Assembly: GCF_004010195.1 (NCBI RefSeq)
Contig: NW_025215212.1
Location: 1-64,000 of the forward strand
From: Chiloscyllium plagiosum
Taxonomy: Eukaryota
Length of the DNA: 64,000 nt
Direction of reading: 5' to 3'
Shown here one piece after another: positions 1-12,984 of the stretch; position 1 is the stretch's first letter; each line of letters starts with the position of its first letter. A model generated the notes under the pieces. That model was given only the letters and a program-made list of their open reading frames with translations. It made no database searches and was not told where the DNA came from. Made by a program: the position numbers and the translations under genes.

Positions 1-1158
1 GTATATTGACTGTAAGTGAGCTGTCTGACCCACAGTGGACAGTATATTGACTGTAAGTGAGCTGTCTGACCCACAGTGGACAGTATATTGACTGTAAGTG
101 CGCTGTCTGACCCACAGTGGACAGTATATTGACTGTAAGTGCGCTATCTGACCCACAGTGGACTGTATATTTACTGTACGTGAGCCGTCTGACCCACAGT
201 GGACTGTATATTGACTGTAAGTGCGCTATCTGACCCACAGTGGACTGTATATTGACTGTAAGTGCCCCGTCTGATCCACAGTGGACTGTATATTGACTGT
301 GAGTGAGCTGTCTGACCCACAGTGGACTGTATATTGACTATTAGTGCGCCGTCTGATCCACAGTGGACAGTATATTGACCGTGAGTGAGCTGTCTGACCC
401 ACAGTGGACAGTATATTGACTGTGAGTGAGCTGTCTGACCCATAGTGGACAGTATATTGACTGTAAGTGCGGTGTCTGACCCACAGTGGACAGTATATTG
501 ACTGTGAGTGAGCTGTCTGACCCACAGTAGACAGTATATTGACTGTGAGTGAGCTGTCTGACCCACAGTGCACTGTATATTGACTGTAAGTGCGGTGTCT
601 GACCCACAGTGGACAGTATATTGACTGTGAGTGAGCTGTCTGACCCACAGTGGACAGTATATTGACTGTAAGTGCGGTGTCTGACCCACAGTGGACAGTA
701 TATTGACTGTGAGTAAGCTGTCTGATCCACAGTGGACTGTATATTGACTGTGATTGCGGTGTCTGACCCACAGTGGACAGTATATTGACTGTGTGTGAGC
801 TGTCTGACCCACAGTGGACAGTATATTGAGTGTAGGTGCGCTATCTGACCCACAGTGGACTGTATATTGACTGTGAGTGAGCTGTCTGACCCACAGTGGA
901 CTGTATATTGACTGTAAGTGCGCCGTCTGATCCACAGTGGACAGTATATTGACTGTAAGTGCGCTGTCTGACCCACAGTGGACTGTATATTGACTGTAAG
1001 TGAGCTGTCTGACCCACAGTGGACAGTATATTGACTGTAAGTGCACTGTCTGACCCACAATGGACAGTATATTGACTGTGAGTGCGCTGTCTGACCCACA
1101 GTGGACAGTATATTGACTGTGAGTGCGCTGTTTGGCCTGCAGTGGACAGTATGCTGAC
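1..1158 (-). repeat. 41-bp tandem satellite (reverse orientation of the array at 19228-21760)
   Basis: About 28 copies of the reverse complement of CAGTCAATATACTGTCCACTGTGGGTCAGACAGCTCACTCA; decays into unique sequence near 1150 and runs off the window start. Confidence 0.97.
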
Positions 1159-1698
1159 CACTTCGTTCAAACTTAAGCTTCCAATCAATGTTGTTATCAG
1201 AATTACCCGCTGCAGGGTACTGGGCCTCAATGTGCAGCAAATGTGCTGCTCAGGCAGGCTGTTTTTCCCCATATTTGTGTTCACCTGGTATGTGAGCTGT
1301 CCATCCCAACCACTGATGTGGAAGCTAGACCCTTCCTTCCTTGGTCAGGGTTAGGGTGAATGGCAGCAAGGTTTGTTGCTTCCAGGCTGCGTCCAAAGGG
1401 CAGAGCTTGGGGTGGACAACACGGACTTGGCTCAGAGAATCATGGCTAAAAAAAAATAAAAAACCTCCCAGTACAAAACTTGGAATGGAAGAATATGCAG
1501 TGGGTCGCCCAACTTCAGGTCTGCAGCAAGCTCGGAGATACTGTGTTGTTTTTCTGTTTCAGGCAGCAGAACACCTTACAGCCTAACGCCAACCTGCCAT
1601 TTCGGGTTGGCCACCCTGAAAGAGCTGCTCTGAGGTCTGGCCACAAGTCTCATTGTCAGAAGGCTGCAGCCCTCCTCTCCCAGCCTGAGTGGGATGTA

Positions 1699-2020
1699 GG
1701 GCACGTTGGCTGAGTGGTTAGCACTGCTGCCTCACAGCACCAGGGACCCGGGTTCGATCCCAGCCTCGGCTGACTGTGTAGTGTTTGCACATTTTCCCCG
1801 TGTCTGCGTGGTTTTCCTCTGGGTGCTCTGGTTTCCTCCCACAGTCCAATGATGTGCAGGTCAAGTGAATTGGCCATGCTAAATTGCCCGTAGTGTTCAG
1901 GGGTGTGTAGGTTTGGTGCATTCATCAGGGGAAATGGGTCTGGGTGGGATATTCTCCAGAGGGTTGGAGTGGACTTGTTGGGCCGAATAGCCTGTTTTCA
2001 CACTGTAGGGAATCGATGAT
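1699..2020 (+). mobile_element. HE1-like tRNA-derived SINE
   Basis: tRNA-like head (GGCTGAGTGGTTAGCACTGCTGCCTCACAGCACCAGGGACCCGGGTTCGATCCC with A/B boxes), conserved body, CR1-like 3' tail. Confidence 0.85.
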
Positions 2021-2389
2021 TGCCAGCTGGTGACGATTGAAAGAAGCATTCAGACAAGTTTGTACCTGGATCAGGAATGCGAAAGAGCAATCACAGTCAA
2101 CTCTTCCCCCCCCAACCCCCCCCACCGCCATTCCACCATGAGCCCCAAGTCTGAGAACCTAGCAATCCTAGATCAACACAGCCAGAATTAGTGGACAGCT
2201 CTTTCTATAATGGTCTCAGTGACACATTACAGGCATAACTGTATCAGCTGCTATTACCCTGGTGTAACACTCTGCAGCCTTAGACTTCTCATGCAGGGGA
2301 CGAGTGAGTGACAACTGTGCAGAGTGAAGGAACTACAAAGACACGACAGCAGTCCCCTGTAGCTATTCCTTTGATACTATTGGAGGGAA

Positions 2390-2950
2390 TCACGAACAAT
2401 CTGTCCTAGTCCACCTACAGTGGTCAAGAAAGCACAGCAAAAGCTCTACTTCCTCAGGGGACGAAAGGAATTTGACAAATCCGCAAAGACTTTTACCAAT
2501 TTTTATAGTTGCACCATAGAAAGCATCCAGTCTGGCTGCATCACGGTGTGTTATGGCAACTGCTTTTCAGAGATTCGTGATCACAGCTTAGTCCATCACA
2601 CAAACCAGCCTTCCACCCATTCACTCCATCTACACATCCTCCTGCCTTGAGAAAGCGACCAAGATAATCAAAGACCCCTCCCACCCCGTTATACTCGCTT
2701 CCATCAGGCAGAAGATATAAAAGTTTGAATAGATTCAAGAACAGCTTCTTCCCCACTATTATCAGACTGTGAATGGATCTCTCACATATTAATTTTGATC
2801 TCACTCTCTGAACCTTCTCTGTGGCTGTAACACTGCATTCTGCACTCTGTTCCATTATCCTGGTGTACTTTGTATGGTATGATCTGCCAGTATAGCACTC
2901 AAAACAACACTTTTCACTGTATCTCGGTACAAGTGACAACAGTCAATCAA
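2390..2950 (+). mobile_element. Rex1/Babar-like LINE 3' fragment (degenerate)
   Basis: Translation VKKAQQKLYFLR...FTNFYSCTIESIQSGCITVCYGNC resembles the C-terminal region after the RT domain of Rex1/Babar ORF2. Confidence 0.7.
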
Positions 2951-3089
2951 TTAATCTTGGAGGAAAATAGCAGCAGCCACATGATTGGCTCTGCCTCACG
3001 GGAGAGGAAAGGTAAGTGTGGGAAGGTTATGTTAATAATGAAATGTAAGGGAAATAAATCTTTCTGTGGGTGAAATAAGACTCTAGGAT

Positions 3090-6000
3090 GGCATATTGCC
3101 TTGTTGGTCAGGGATGCCTCACAGTGGTGAAAGAACATTCTGGAAAGAGAGGGAGAACAGTCAGTACCCAATGAAACAGTATGAAGGAAGTGGCGAGGTC
3201 CTCAAAACAGAATATAGGGAGTTAGGAACCAAATTGAAAAGTAGGACCTCAAAGGTAATGTTCGCTACACGTGCTAGTGATAGCAGGAACAGCAGGGTAT
3301 ATCAGATGAATATTTGGCTGGGGAGATGGCCTGGGAGAGAGGGCTGTAGTTTTCTGGGATATTGGGGTCAGTTCTGGGGGAAGGAAGGATCAGTGCAAAC
3401 TGGACAGGATGTACCTGAGCAAGACCGGGACTGATGTCCCAGGGGGATCATTGGCTGGTGCCATTGGAGAGGGCTTACACTCAAAACTGGAGGGGGATGT
3501 GAACCTAAACAGGGAGAAACAAGGGCAAAAACAAGAAGACCATAGGAATTATGAAAAGATCACCACACTACAACAGTAATGTTGAGGAAAGCATTAAAAG
3601 GTAACTAGAGATACAAACAATCAAGGTACGAGGGCTCATTTTGATCCGCATATAGATTTGGCAAATCAAGTTACTAATAATGTCATTGAGGAGGAATTCC
3701 TGGAGTTTGTCCGAGATGGTTTTTGGATCAATGCGTTGAGGACTCAATGAGAGAACTGAATATTCTACCTCGGGTATCGTGTAACGAGGACGGGATAATT
3801 GTCAATCCAGCTGTGTTAGGCCCCTTGGGAACAGTGATCATAATATGATAAAAATCCTTCATTAAGATGGAGAGTGATATAGTCGACTTTGAGATTAGGG
3901 CCCTGAATCTAAAACAGAAACTGTTATGGCATGAGACTCAAGCTGATTGTGATAAATTGGGGACGTTACTCGAAGGGATGATGGTGGATAGGCAATGACA
4001 AACAGCTAAAAGAGAACGTGGAGAACTTCAACAACCACTCATTCCTGTCTGACACAGAAATAAAACGGGAAGGGTGATCTGACCACGGCTAACAAGGGAA
4101 ATTCAGGATAGCATTAGATCCAAGGAAAGGACATGAACAGAAATAGAGCAGCTGATCAGAGGATTGACACCAGCATAGAATTCAACAAAGGAAGGTAAAG
4201 GGATTGATTAAAAGGGGGAATATACAGTAGAAGAAAGTGTATGGAGATCGGATTGTAAAGGTTCCTGTAGGTATTCAAAAAGAAAAAGATTCAGGAAGAG
4301 AAATATAGTCACAAGTAGAGGAACTTACAATGGGGAACAGACCAATGAAATACAGACTTTGTGTTTCCCAACATTTTGGAATGTTATTCTTGGTAAAGAC
4401 AGAACCAAAGTCTACTGAGAGGGATGCACTGAAGTAAACCAGTATTAGTAGGGAAATGGCATTTGGGAAATTGATGAGATTAAAGACTTATAAATCCCCA
4501 GGCCCCAGTAGTCTACATCCAAGAGTGCTTTTGGAAGTGGCTGTAGAAATTGTGGATCATTGGCCACCATCTTTCCAAGATTTTATAGACTCCGAAATAT
4601 TTCCTGGGGATTGGTAGCTAATGTAACCCCACTATTTAAAAAAAGGAGATAGAGAGAAAAGGACATTAGCCTGGCATCAGTAGTTGGGAAAATGCCAGAG
4701 ACCATTAAAAAAGACTTAATAGCAGAGGACTTGGAAAATAGTCATGATTTGGAGATGCCAGTGTTGGACTGGGGTGGACAAAGTTAAAAATCAGAGCTGA
4801 AAATGTGTTGCTGGAAAAGCGCAGCAGGTCAGGCAGCATCCAGGGAACAGGAGAATCGATGTTTCAGGCATGAGCCCTTCTTCAGGTGGTTTCCTGAAGA
4901 AGGGCTTATGCCCGAAACGTCGATTCTCCTGCTCCTTGGATGCTGCGTGACCTGCTGCACTTTTCCAGCAACACATTTTCAGCTCTGATCTCCAGCATCT
5001 GCAGTCCTCACTTTCTCCTCAAAGTTAAAAATCACACAACACCAGGTTATAGGGAAAATAGTGACAGGATTGAATAGAATCAGCTTGGATTTACAAAAGG
5101 GTAATCATGGTGATATATCCGGTGAAACTTTCAGATGATGTAACCTGTAAAGTTGGTAAGGTGGTAGCCAATCAGTGTGGCTTACTTGGACTTTCAGAAC
5201 CCTTTCGATAAAATTCCACATAAAATTAAAGCCCAGTTCGATCGGGTGTAATGTGCTGTCAAACAGTACACAGAACTGGAACTGGAGGCAAAAAGATGTG
5301 GTGCTGGAAAAGCACAGCAGGTCAGGCAGCACCCGAGGAGCAGAAGAATCAACGTTTCGGGCAAAAACCCTTGAAGCAGGAATGTGTTGGAAACTGGTGC
5401 GGTCGATGTTGATGCCGTGTGGTTGATGGGTCCCAAGGTGGAAGATGAGATGTTCTTCCTCCAGACATCGGGTGGCTTGGATTTGGTGGTGGTGGAGGCC
5501 CAAGACTTGCATTCCTTGGGGCAATGGGAGGGGGCGTTGAAGTGGTTGGCGTGTGTGTCCCAGAGAACTGATTGACAGACAGGAAACAAAGCGTACGTGA
5601 ATCATTTTCTCAATGACAGTCAGATTCAGTTGGGCATACAAGGATCAGTGTTTGGACCTCACTGTTCATGATCTATATTCATGATTTAGATGAGGGAGCT
5701 AAATGTAAAATCGGCATGTTTTCAGTTTACTTGGTGCTGGGTAGAAGGGTGAGCTGTGAGGAGGATGCAGAGATATTTCAGTGTGACTTGGACAAGCTGA
5801 GTGAGTGGCAAATGCAGACACAGTATCATGTGGATAAATGTGAGGGCAGATTATTCTCTGAATGGCGACAGATTGGGAAAGGGGGGAAGTGTGACGAGAT
5901 CTGGCTATCCTGCTACACCAGTCACAGTAAGCAAACGTGCAGGTGCAGCAGGTGGTGGAAGAAGGGAAATGGTGGGTTAGCCTTCATAGTGAGAGGGTTC

Positions 6001-7065
6001 GAGTACAGGAGCAGGCATATCTAGCTGCAATTACATCGCGTCTTGGTGAGACCACACCTGAACACTGCATGTAGTTTTGTTCTCCCCTGTTTAAGAAGAG
6101 AGGGAGGCAGAAGACAGGAAACTATAGGCTGGTTCGCCTGACCTCGGTCATTGGTAAGATTTTAGAATCCCTTATGAGGGATGAGATTGCGGAGTGCTTG
6201 GAAATGCACAGTAAAATAGGACAGAGTCAGCCTGGCTTTGACATGAGGAGGTCATCCCTGACAAACCTGTTCAAATACTGTGATAAGGTATTGAGCAAGT
6301 TCGACTAAAGAGAGCCAGTGGATGTGATCTATTTGGATTTCTGAGGTCCTTTGACAAGGTGCCACACAGGAGGCTGCTAAATAAGATAAGAGTCCATGGT
6401 GTTAGGGACTAGGTACTGGCATTGATAGGGGATTGGCTGACTGGCAGAAGGCAGGGAGTAGGGATAAAGGGGTCTTTCAGGATGACAGCTGGTGAGTAGT
6501 GGAGCTCCGCAAGGGTCAGTGTTAGGATCGCAACGATTCACATTATACATTAACAACTTGACGAAGGAACTAAGGGCACTGCTACTAAGTTTGCAGATGT
6601 AACAAAGTTGTTGGAGGGACAGGTTTATCAGACTGATCCTGGGATTGCACGACTGATATATGAAGAGAGGCTGGATCAGTTACAATTATATTCACTAGAG
6701 CTGAGAAGAATGATGTGTTTCTAACAGCAACCTATAAAATCCGAGCAGAAGTGAATAGGACAGGGACTGGAAGGATATTCCTGATCAGTGGGAACCCAGA
6801 TTAACGACACAGGGACTGAGGGGTAATTTCTTCACCCATGGAGAGTGGGAATCCTGTTGAATTTGTTACTAGAGGCAGGAGTTCAGATCAAAATGGAATG
6901 TTTGTAAGAAGGAGTTAGATGGAGTTACGAGGACTAAGTGATAAAGGGTATGAGGAGAAACAGGAACAGGATACTGACTTGGGTGATCACCCATGATCAT
7001 ATTCAATGAGAACGTCAGGTCAAGGGGCTGAAATGGCCTTTTCCTGTTTCTATTTTCTATGCTTC
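3090..7065 (+). mobile_element. Degenerate, rearranged CR1 LINE(s) with nested insertions
   Basis: ORF1 esterase-like remnant (YRELGTKLKSRTSKV), ORF2 remnants (YIHDLDEGAKCKI, QYHVDKCE), a second RT stretch from about 6100, many stops and frameshifts. Confidence 0.8.
4794..5019. mobile_element. Palindromic (head-to-head) short Penelope-derived insertion with 15-bp TSD
   Basis: Inverted arms of about 95 bp around 4888; CAAAGTTAAAAATCA duplicated at 4779-4793 and 5020-5034; hammerhead core CTGAAGA..GAAACGTC at 4894-4921. Confidence 0.8.
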
Positions 7066-8163
7066 TATCTAACATTAGTCAAAATGAGATGGGCCATTGT
7101 TGTTGAATAGGGATAATTTTAATCTGTTGTGGCAGATCCACTAGGAACTGGATCAACAGCAACAAATGCATTTCCTACAGACTCCGTAGAGCTGGCTCCA
7201 GAGATGTAAATTCATTCTCTAACACCCTATGTCCCCAACCGAGCTGTTTAAACTGATGTAAACACCCTTTACATACTGTTTCAGCTTTGAACCACACCTT
7301 GTTCAGCCAAAGGGGAGAACAGGAACACTGCAGGTTCTAGAAACCTGTTCTCCAGATGCTTTGGTGGAAGTAGAGGACGTGGTAATGTTGAGAGATGTCC
7401 AAAGCACCAAAACAGAAGGGGTCTGGTGATTCCTCATTGCTGCCCATCTCCAGGGGACTGAATGGGATTAACAGCTAACTTCAGATGGAACACTAAACTT
7501 CAGTGATTCGGTGCCAGTACATGTGTGGCACAGGAGAGGCAAATGAGCTGGTGTGCACCCACTTCCCCCACAGCAATGCCCAACCTTGAAAAGGATAACA
7601 AGAGAAAATGACCCTTGTACACGCCCGGGGAATGGAGGGGGCAACTTTAGAAAAGCATTCAAAACAAATGCAAAGTCATTAGGGATAAGCTGCTTCCTGT
7701 GGTGGGAGGGTTTGGCAAACAAAGGACTCAAATTTAAAATAATTTGCAAAAGAGCCAGAGGAAAGATGAGGAATAGTTGATGATGCAGTTGTGACCTGGA
7801 GTCATTAGCTGAGAGGGAATTGGAAGCAGATTCAACAGTGACTGTCGAGAGGGGAACTGGATAAAAATTTAAAAGTGGTGGAATTATCAGAGTATGGCGA
7901 TAAGGCAGCTGAGTGAAACTAATTTAAAGAGATGATAAGTGAAATGGCCTGTTCTATTCCTGGATGGTTTGACCAACACAGCTAGGCTTTCATCGTCATC
8001 TTCTGCTGATTCACCAGTGAGCGCAACCAGTAGGTCAAATACGGACCCTGCCCTATTCTCAGACAGCTGGGCGACCTGCCCACCTGAGGTACTGACCTCA
8101 GGGAGGGAGACCAGGGGGAAGTGCAGAGGGTGGGATTGGAGCACATATCTGGAAGCAACATAC

Positions 8164-8568
8164 CTCTGTTTCAGGTTGTTGTGGTCCTCTAGGAGATTGT
8201 CTCTCTCAATCTCCAGGCGGGCTCTGGCACTGTTCAGCTGGTCCATCTGCTGGCGCAAATCCCTGATCTCATCCAGGTACATATCCCCCAGCCGGCTGGG
8301 CTCCTTCCCCTTGATCTGGCTGAGCTCAGTGGCGAGGACCTTGTTTTGGTTCTCCAGGAAGCGAACCTTCTCAATATAGCTGGCAAAGCGGTCGTTTAGT
8401 TCCATCATCTCAAACTTCTCATTGGTCCGCGTTTCCTTGAACTCAGCGTTGAGGGCATCAGACAGGGAGAAATCGAGCTTCTCCTGGAACGAGGTGGAAG
8501 TTTTCGTCGGGTAGTTGATGTGCTTCAGTCGAATCATTGAGCTTCTGGATGCACTTGGCAGAACAGAC
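8164..8568 (-). CDS. GFAP: GFAP exon-1-equivalent (part of head plus coil 1A and start of 1B), inverted relative to the other exons
   Basis: Translates [16 protein letters not shown]...[46 protein letters not shown]...[17 protein letters not shown](R); polypyrimidine tract plus CAG acceptor ending at 8569; AG|GTATGT phase-2 donor at 8163, compatible with exon 2. Confidence 0.93.
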
Positions 8569-8596
8569 CTGTCCAGAGAGAGTACAGAGAGAAAAA

Positions 8597-9172
8597 TAGA
8601 GGTTTAAATTGAGCTGGACCGAAGGGGCAATTTCTTCACACAGAGGATGGTGCATGGATGGGATGAGCTGCCAAAGAAAACAGTGGATGCTGGGACAGTT
8701 AAAATATTTAAAAGGTATCTGGATGGCTACATGAATAGGAAGGGTTTAAAGGGATGTGGGTCAAAAGTGGGCAAAAATTAGGATATCTGGATGTAGGTTT
8801 GCTCGCTGAGCTGGAAGGTTCAGCGAGCAAACCTACATCCAGAACCTCAACCTGAGCTACAAGTCTTCTCAAAAACTCATCAGGATATCTGGTCAGTATG
8901 GACAAGTTGAGTTTGTTTCCATGCTTAGCATCAAGATGAGAATGGTGCTGGAAAAGCACAGCCGGTCAGGAGCCCCTTCATCAGGAATGAGGGCTGGAAG
9001 CCTCAGGGGGTCATTCCTGATGAAGGGCTCCTGCCCGAAACATCGATTCTCCTGCTCCTCGGATGCTGCCTGACCTGCTGTGCTTTTCCAGCACCATTCT
9101 CATCTTGATTCTAATCTCCAGCATCTGCAGCCTCATTTTTGCCCCTGTTTCTATGCTGTACATCTCTATGAC
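8597..9172 (+). mobile_element. CR1 3' end interrupted by two palindromic Penelope-derived fragments
   Basis: CR1 tail motifs (TTCTTCACACAGAGGATGGTG ... CTGTACATCTCTATGACT); insert 8791-8881 with AGGATATCTGG TSD; insert about 8930-9140 with CTGATGA..GAAACATC at 9017. Confidence 0.7.
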
Positions 9173-10849
9173 TAATAAATCAGCAGGAGCAAATATTGCA
9201 TTCATTTTTCCCAAGTCTACCCCAAAGTAAGTCATTTTAATTATTCCAAACCAGTTTTCTGGAGGAACTCTGTAAGGCCAATACGTTTGCTCAAGTGCAA
9301 GCTTTTCTGGTCCATAAGACCATAAGACATAGGAGCAGAAGTAAGGCCATTCGGCCCATCGAGTCCACTCTGCGAGCTTAGCAGGACATTGGCAACAGAG
9401 GACCTCAGCCACAAAATCAAACATGCTTTCAGCTAAAATCCACCATTTCTCAAGGAGACCCAGTGTGACAGGCAGCAGGCAGGCTTTTGCCTAACTGTCA
9501 CTGTCCAGCTAAAACAAACAACCACAAGACACACGAGGGGACAAGTGGGATACTCACTGCACTCAGTGCACCATGTATCCCACTGGGGTATAGCCTCACT
9601 GTATCTCACTATATTTACTGCTGGTATCCCAATGGATTATAGACTCATTGTTAATCCAGAGACCCAGGTAATGTTCTGGGGACCTGGGTTCAAATCCCAT
9701 CCTGGCAGAATTTGAATTCAGTAAAAATCTGGAATTAAGAGTCTAATGATGACCATGAATCCACTGTCAATTGTTAGAAAAACCCATCTGATTCATGAAT
9801 GTCCTTTAGGTAAGGAACTGCCATCCTTACCTGGTATGGACTACACATGACACTAGAGTCACAGCAATGTGGTTGACTCTTAACTGACAAGAAATGCTGG
9901 CTTTTCCAGTGATGCTGTCATCAGGTGAATGACTGAACAAAGTTATCCGAATGGAGTGTAGAATCTTGGTGCTTTCAGTCTAGAGCAATGTTACAGAGTG
10001 GAGATTGAATTAATATAACCAATGGTGCTGACAATTCATAGCTAGCTTAGGAAGTCAGCTATGATGGTCATAATGGGGTTCCAAAGGGATACAAATGGTT
10101 GAAGTGAATGGGCAAGGTGACAGATAGAGTATGAAAATATCCAATTTGGCAGGAAGATTGGAAAAGCAGATTATTTAAGAGATGAGAGATTTGTTAAAAT
10201 TCGTATTTGAAGAATTGGACATCTGCGGCATGACACAACAAATTTGCAGACACGGCAGGTAGCCAAGTTGGTAAATGGTGTATTTACCATCATTCTAAGG
10301 GGGTTGTTGGAGAAGAGAAAGTATAGGACTTCGATGAGACAAGAGCTGGACTACTTTGTGGTGTTTTGATTTCTTCAATCCTTAAAGAACGATTAACTTG
10401 TCTCAGAGCAGGGCTGAACAGAGGCTTCTACGATTTACTCCTGGAAAGAGGGCGTGCCTACAAGAGATTGTGTATAAAGAGCCTACAATCTCTGGAGATT
10501 AGAAGAATCAGAAGTGATCTCCATTTCAGTTGGGAAAATAGAAAAGCAGATTGTTTAAGAGACAAGAGATTTGTTAAACTTTGCACATTAACGATCCGAA
10601 TTCAAAATGTAAACATTCCCAGAGGTCATGACAGATAGATGCCAAGAGAATGTTTCCCAGCTGGACTGTCTCAGTGTAAAGGATTGGCCATTTAGTGAGA
10701 TCAGGAGAAACCTCTTCACTCAGAGTTGTCAATCTTTGATATCCTCTATCCGAGAAGTTTCAGATGTTGAATTGTTGAGTATGTTTAAGACTGAGGTTGA
10801 CAGAGTTGGAGCACCAATGAAAATGGGAATAGGTAGAGAGATGAGGTGA

Positions 10850-11138
10850 ATCATAGAATCCCTATAGTGTGAAAGCCCACAGTGACCCTCGGAAGAATGT
10901 TCCACCTTACCCCTGCATTTCCCTTGGCCAATCCAACTTGCCTGCACACTGTAGATAACTTAGTATCTAGCGTGGCCACTCTGCCTAACCAGCAAATCTT
11001 TGGACTGTGAGAGGAAACTGGAGCACCTGGAGGAAACCCACGCAGATCCAGGGATCTCCACACGGACAGTTACCCAAGGCTGGAATCGAACCTGTGCCCC
11101 TGGTGCTATGAGGCAGCAGTGCTGACCTCTGGGCCACG
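10850..11138 (-). mobile_element. HE1-like SINE (degenerate)
   Basis: Reverse complement of the SINE body and head (GGAGCACCTGGAGGAAACCCACGCAGA ... GAGGCAGCAGTGCTGACC). Confidence 0.75.
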
Positions 11139-11189
11139 AAAGAATAGAAGTTCAGCTGTGATCATCTCGAATGACAAAAGCAACATTTT

Positions 11190-11480
11190 TTACCAGGATG
11201 TTGCCTGGAATGGAGAATAGGTCGTACGAGGATAGGTTGAGAGTGCTAGGCCTTTTCTCATTGGAACGGCGAAGCATGAGGGGTGACTTGATAGAGGTTT
11301 ATAAGATGACCAGAGGAATATGGAATGCGCTGCCTGTGGTAGTGGTAGAGTCAGAATCTTTGGTGACCTTTAAGCGGCAATTGGATAGGTACATGGATGG
11401 GTGCTTAAGCTAGGACAAATGTTCGGCACAACATCGTGGGCCGAAGGGCCTCTTCTGTGCTGTATTGTTCTATGTTCTAT
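11190..11480 (+). mobile_element. CR1 3' fragment
   Basis: FTRMLPGMENRSYEDRLRVLGLFSLERRSMRGDLIEVYKM, followed by a TTCTATG-type tail. Confidence 0.85.
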
Positions 11481-11727
11481 GGTGAAATGTCTATAAATTT
11501 TAATGTGCCCTATAACTGACCTGGAGAGTGGGAAAGGTTCAAAACAGTTCTTGAAACAACCAGAGACATGAGAAGACAATACTCATGGTGGTACAAGCTT
11601 GCTTCAATAGTAGACTGAAAGTAAAGCCTGTGGTAATTTTCATATGTAAAACCATGGCAGAAAACATGGTACAGTTAGTTGGATGGAGTGAAGTTACAGA
11701 TGGACAATATGTGGGATTGATATTCTG

Positions 11728-12870
11728 ATGTTAGCGAGTTTTGAGAAGATTTGTAGCTCAGGCCGAGGTTCTGGATGTAGGTTTGCTCGCTGAGCTGGAA
11801 GGTTCGTTTTCAGATGTTTCGTCACCATACTAGTTAACATCATCAGTGAGCCTCTGAATGAAGCACTGGTGGTATAACCCACTTTCTATTTATATGTTTG
11901 GGTTTCCTTGGGTTGATGATATCATTTCCTGTGGTGACATCATTTCCTATGGTGATGTTGTTTCCTGTTCTTTTTCTCAAGGGGTGGTAGATGGGATCCA
12001 AGTCAATGTGTTTGTTGATAGAGTTCCGGTTGGAATGCCATACTTCTAGGAATTCTCATGTGTGTCTCTGTTTGGCTTGTCCAAGGATGGATGTGTTGTC
12101 CCAGTCGAAGTGGTGACCTTCCTTATTTGTATGTGAGGATACTAGTGAGAGAGGGTCATGTCTTTTTGTGGCTAGTTGATGTTCATTTATCCTGGTGGTT
12201 AGTTTTCTGCCTATTTGTCCAAAATAGTGTTTGTTACAGTCCTTGCATGGTATTTTGTAGATGACATTAGTTTTGCTTGTTGTCTGTATAGGGTCTTTCA
12301 AGTTCATTAGCTGCTGTTTTAGTATGTTGGTGGATTTATGGGCTACCATGATGCCAAGGGGTCTGAGTAGTCTAGCAGTCATTTCCGAGCTGTCTTTGAT
12401 GTAGGGGAGAGTGGCTAGGGTTTCTGGACATGTTCTGTCTGCTTGTTTGGGTTTGTTGCTGAGAAAGCGTTGGACTGTGTTCATTGGGTACCCATTCTTC
12501 TTGAATACCCTATATAGGTGATTTTCCTCTGTGCTGCAGTGTGTGATGGATCATTGAAATAATGTTCTGATGCAGCTTTGTTTGTGGGTGTTGGGATGAT
12601 TGCTTCTGTAGTTCAATATTTGGTCCGTATGTGTTGTTTTCCTGTAGACGCTGGTTTGAAGTTCCCCATTGGCTGTTCGCTCGACTGTGACATCTAGGAA
12701 TGGCAGTTTGTTGTTGTTTTCCTCCTCTTTAGTGAAGTTTATGCCAGTAAGGATATTATTGATGGTCTTGAAGGTTTCCTCTAATTTGTTTCATTGAGTT
12801 TCATCCCAACATCCATAAACAAAGCTGCATTATTTCAACGAGCCACTACACACTGCAGCACAGAGGAGCT
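11728..12870 (-). mobile_element. Penelope-like element (RT C-terminus plus GIY-YIG endonuclease), 5'-truncated with a short inverted segment
   Basis: ORF 12056-12484 (LPYIK...KTNVIYKIPCKDCNKHYFGQIGRKLTTRINEH); RT thumb LPFLDVTVERTANGELQTSVYRKTTHTDQ; 12797-12870 is an inverted copy of about 12525-12598. Confidence 0.9.
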
Positions 12871-12984
12871 AAGCAGGGCTACAAGGAGGACGTAAGAGAA
12901 TAGCACTCAGTGAGATATCATTCAGAGAGCTAGCACAGATGATGGACTGAATGGTTTCATTGTGTGCTGTAACAGCTCTCTGAT

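Noticed and set aside
171..1284. Long ORFs with repeating QSIYCPLWVRQ/SQYTVHCGSD motifs (also 19260-21844)
   Set aside because: They are translations of the 41-bp satellite, open in several frames; not genes.
7887..8163. C-terminal part of the 216-aa ORF
   Set aside because: Read-through into the intron beyond the GT donor at 8163; IF similarity ends there.
9551..9575. Minus-strand ATG plus GTGAGTA donor as the missing first GFAP exon
   Set aside because: ATG GTG CAC TGA stops immediately and has no GFAP-like sequence; a non-coding exon cannot be supported either.
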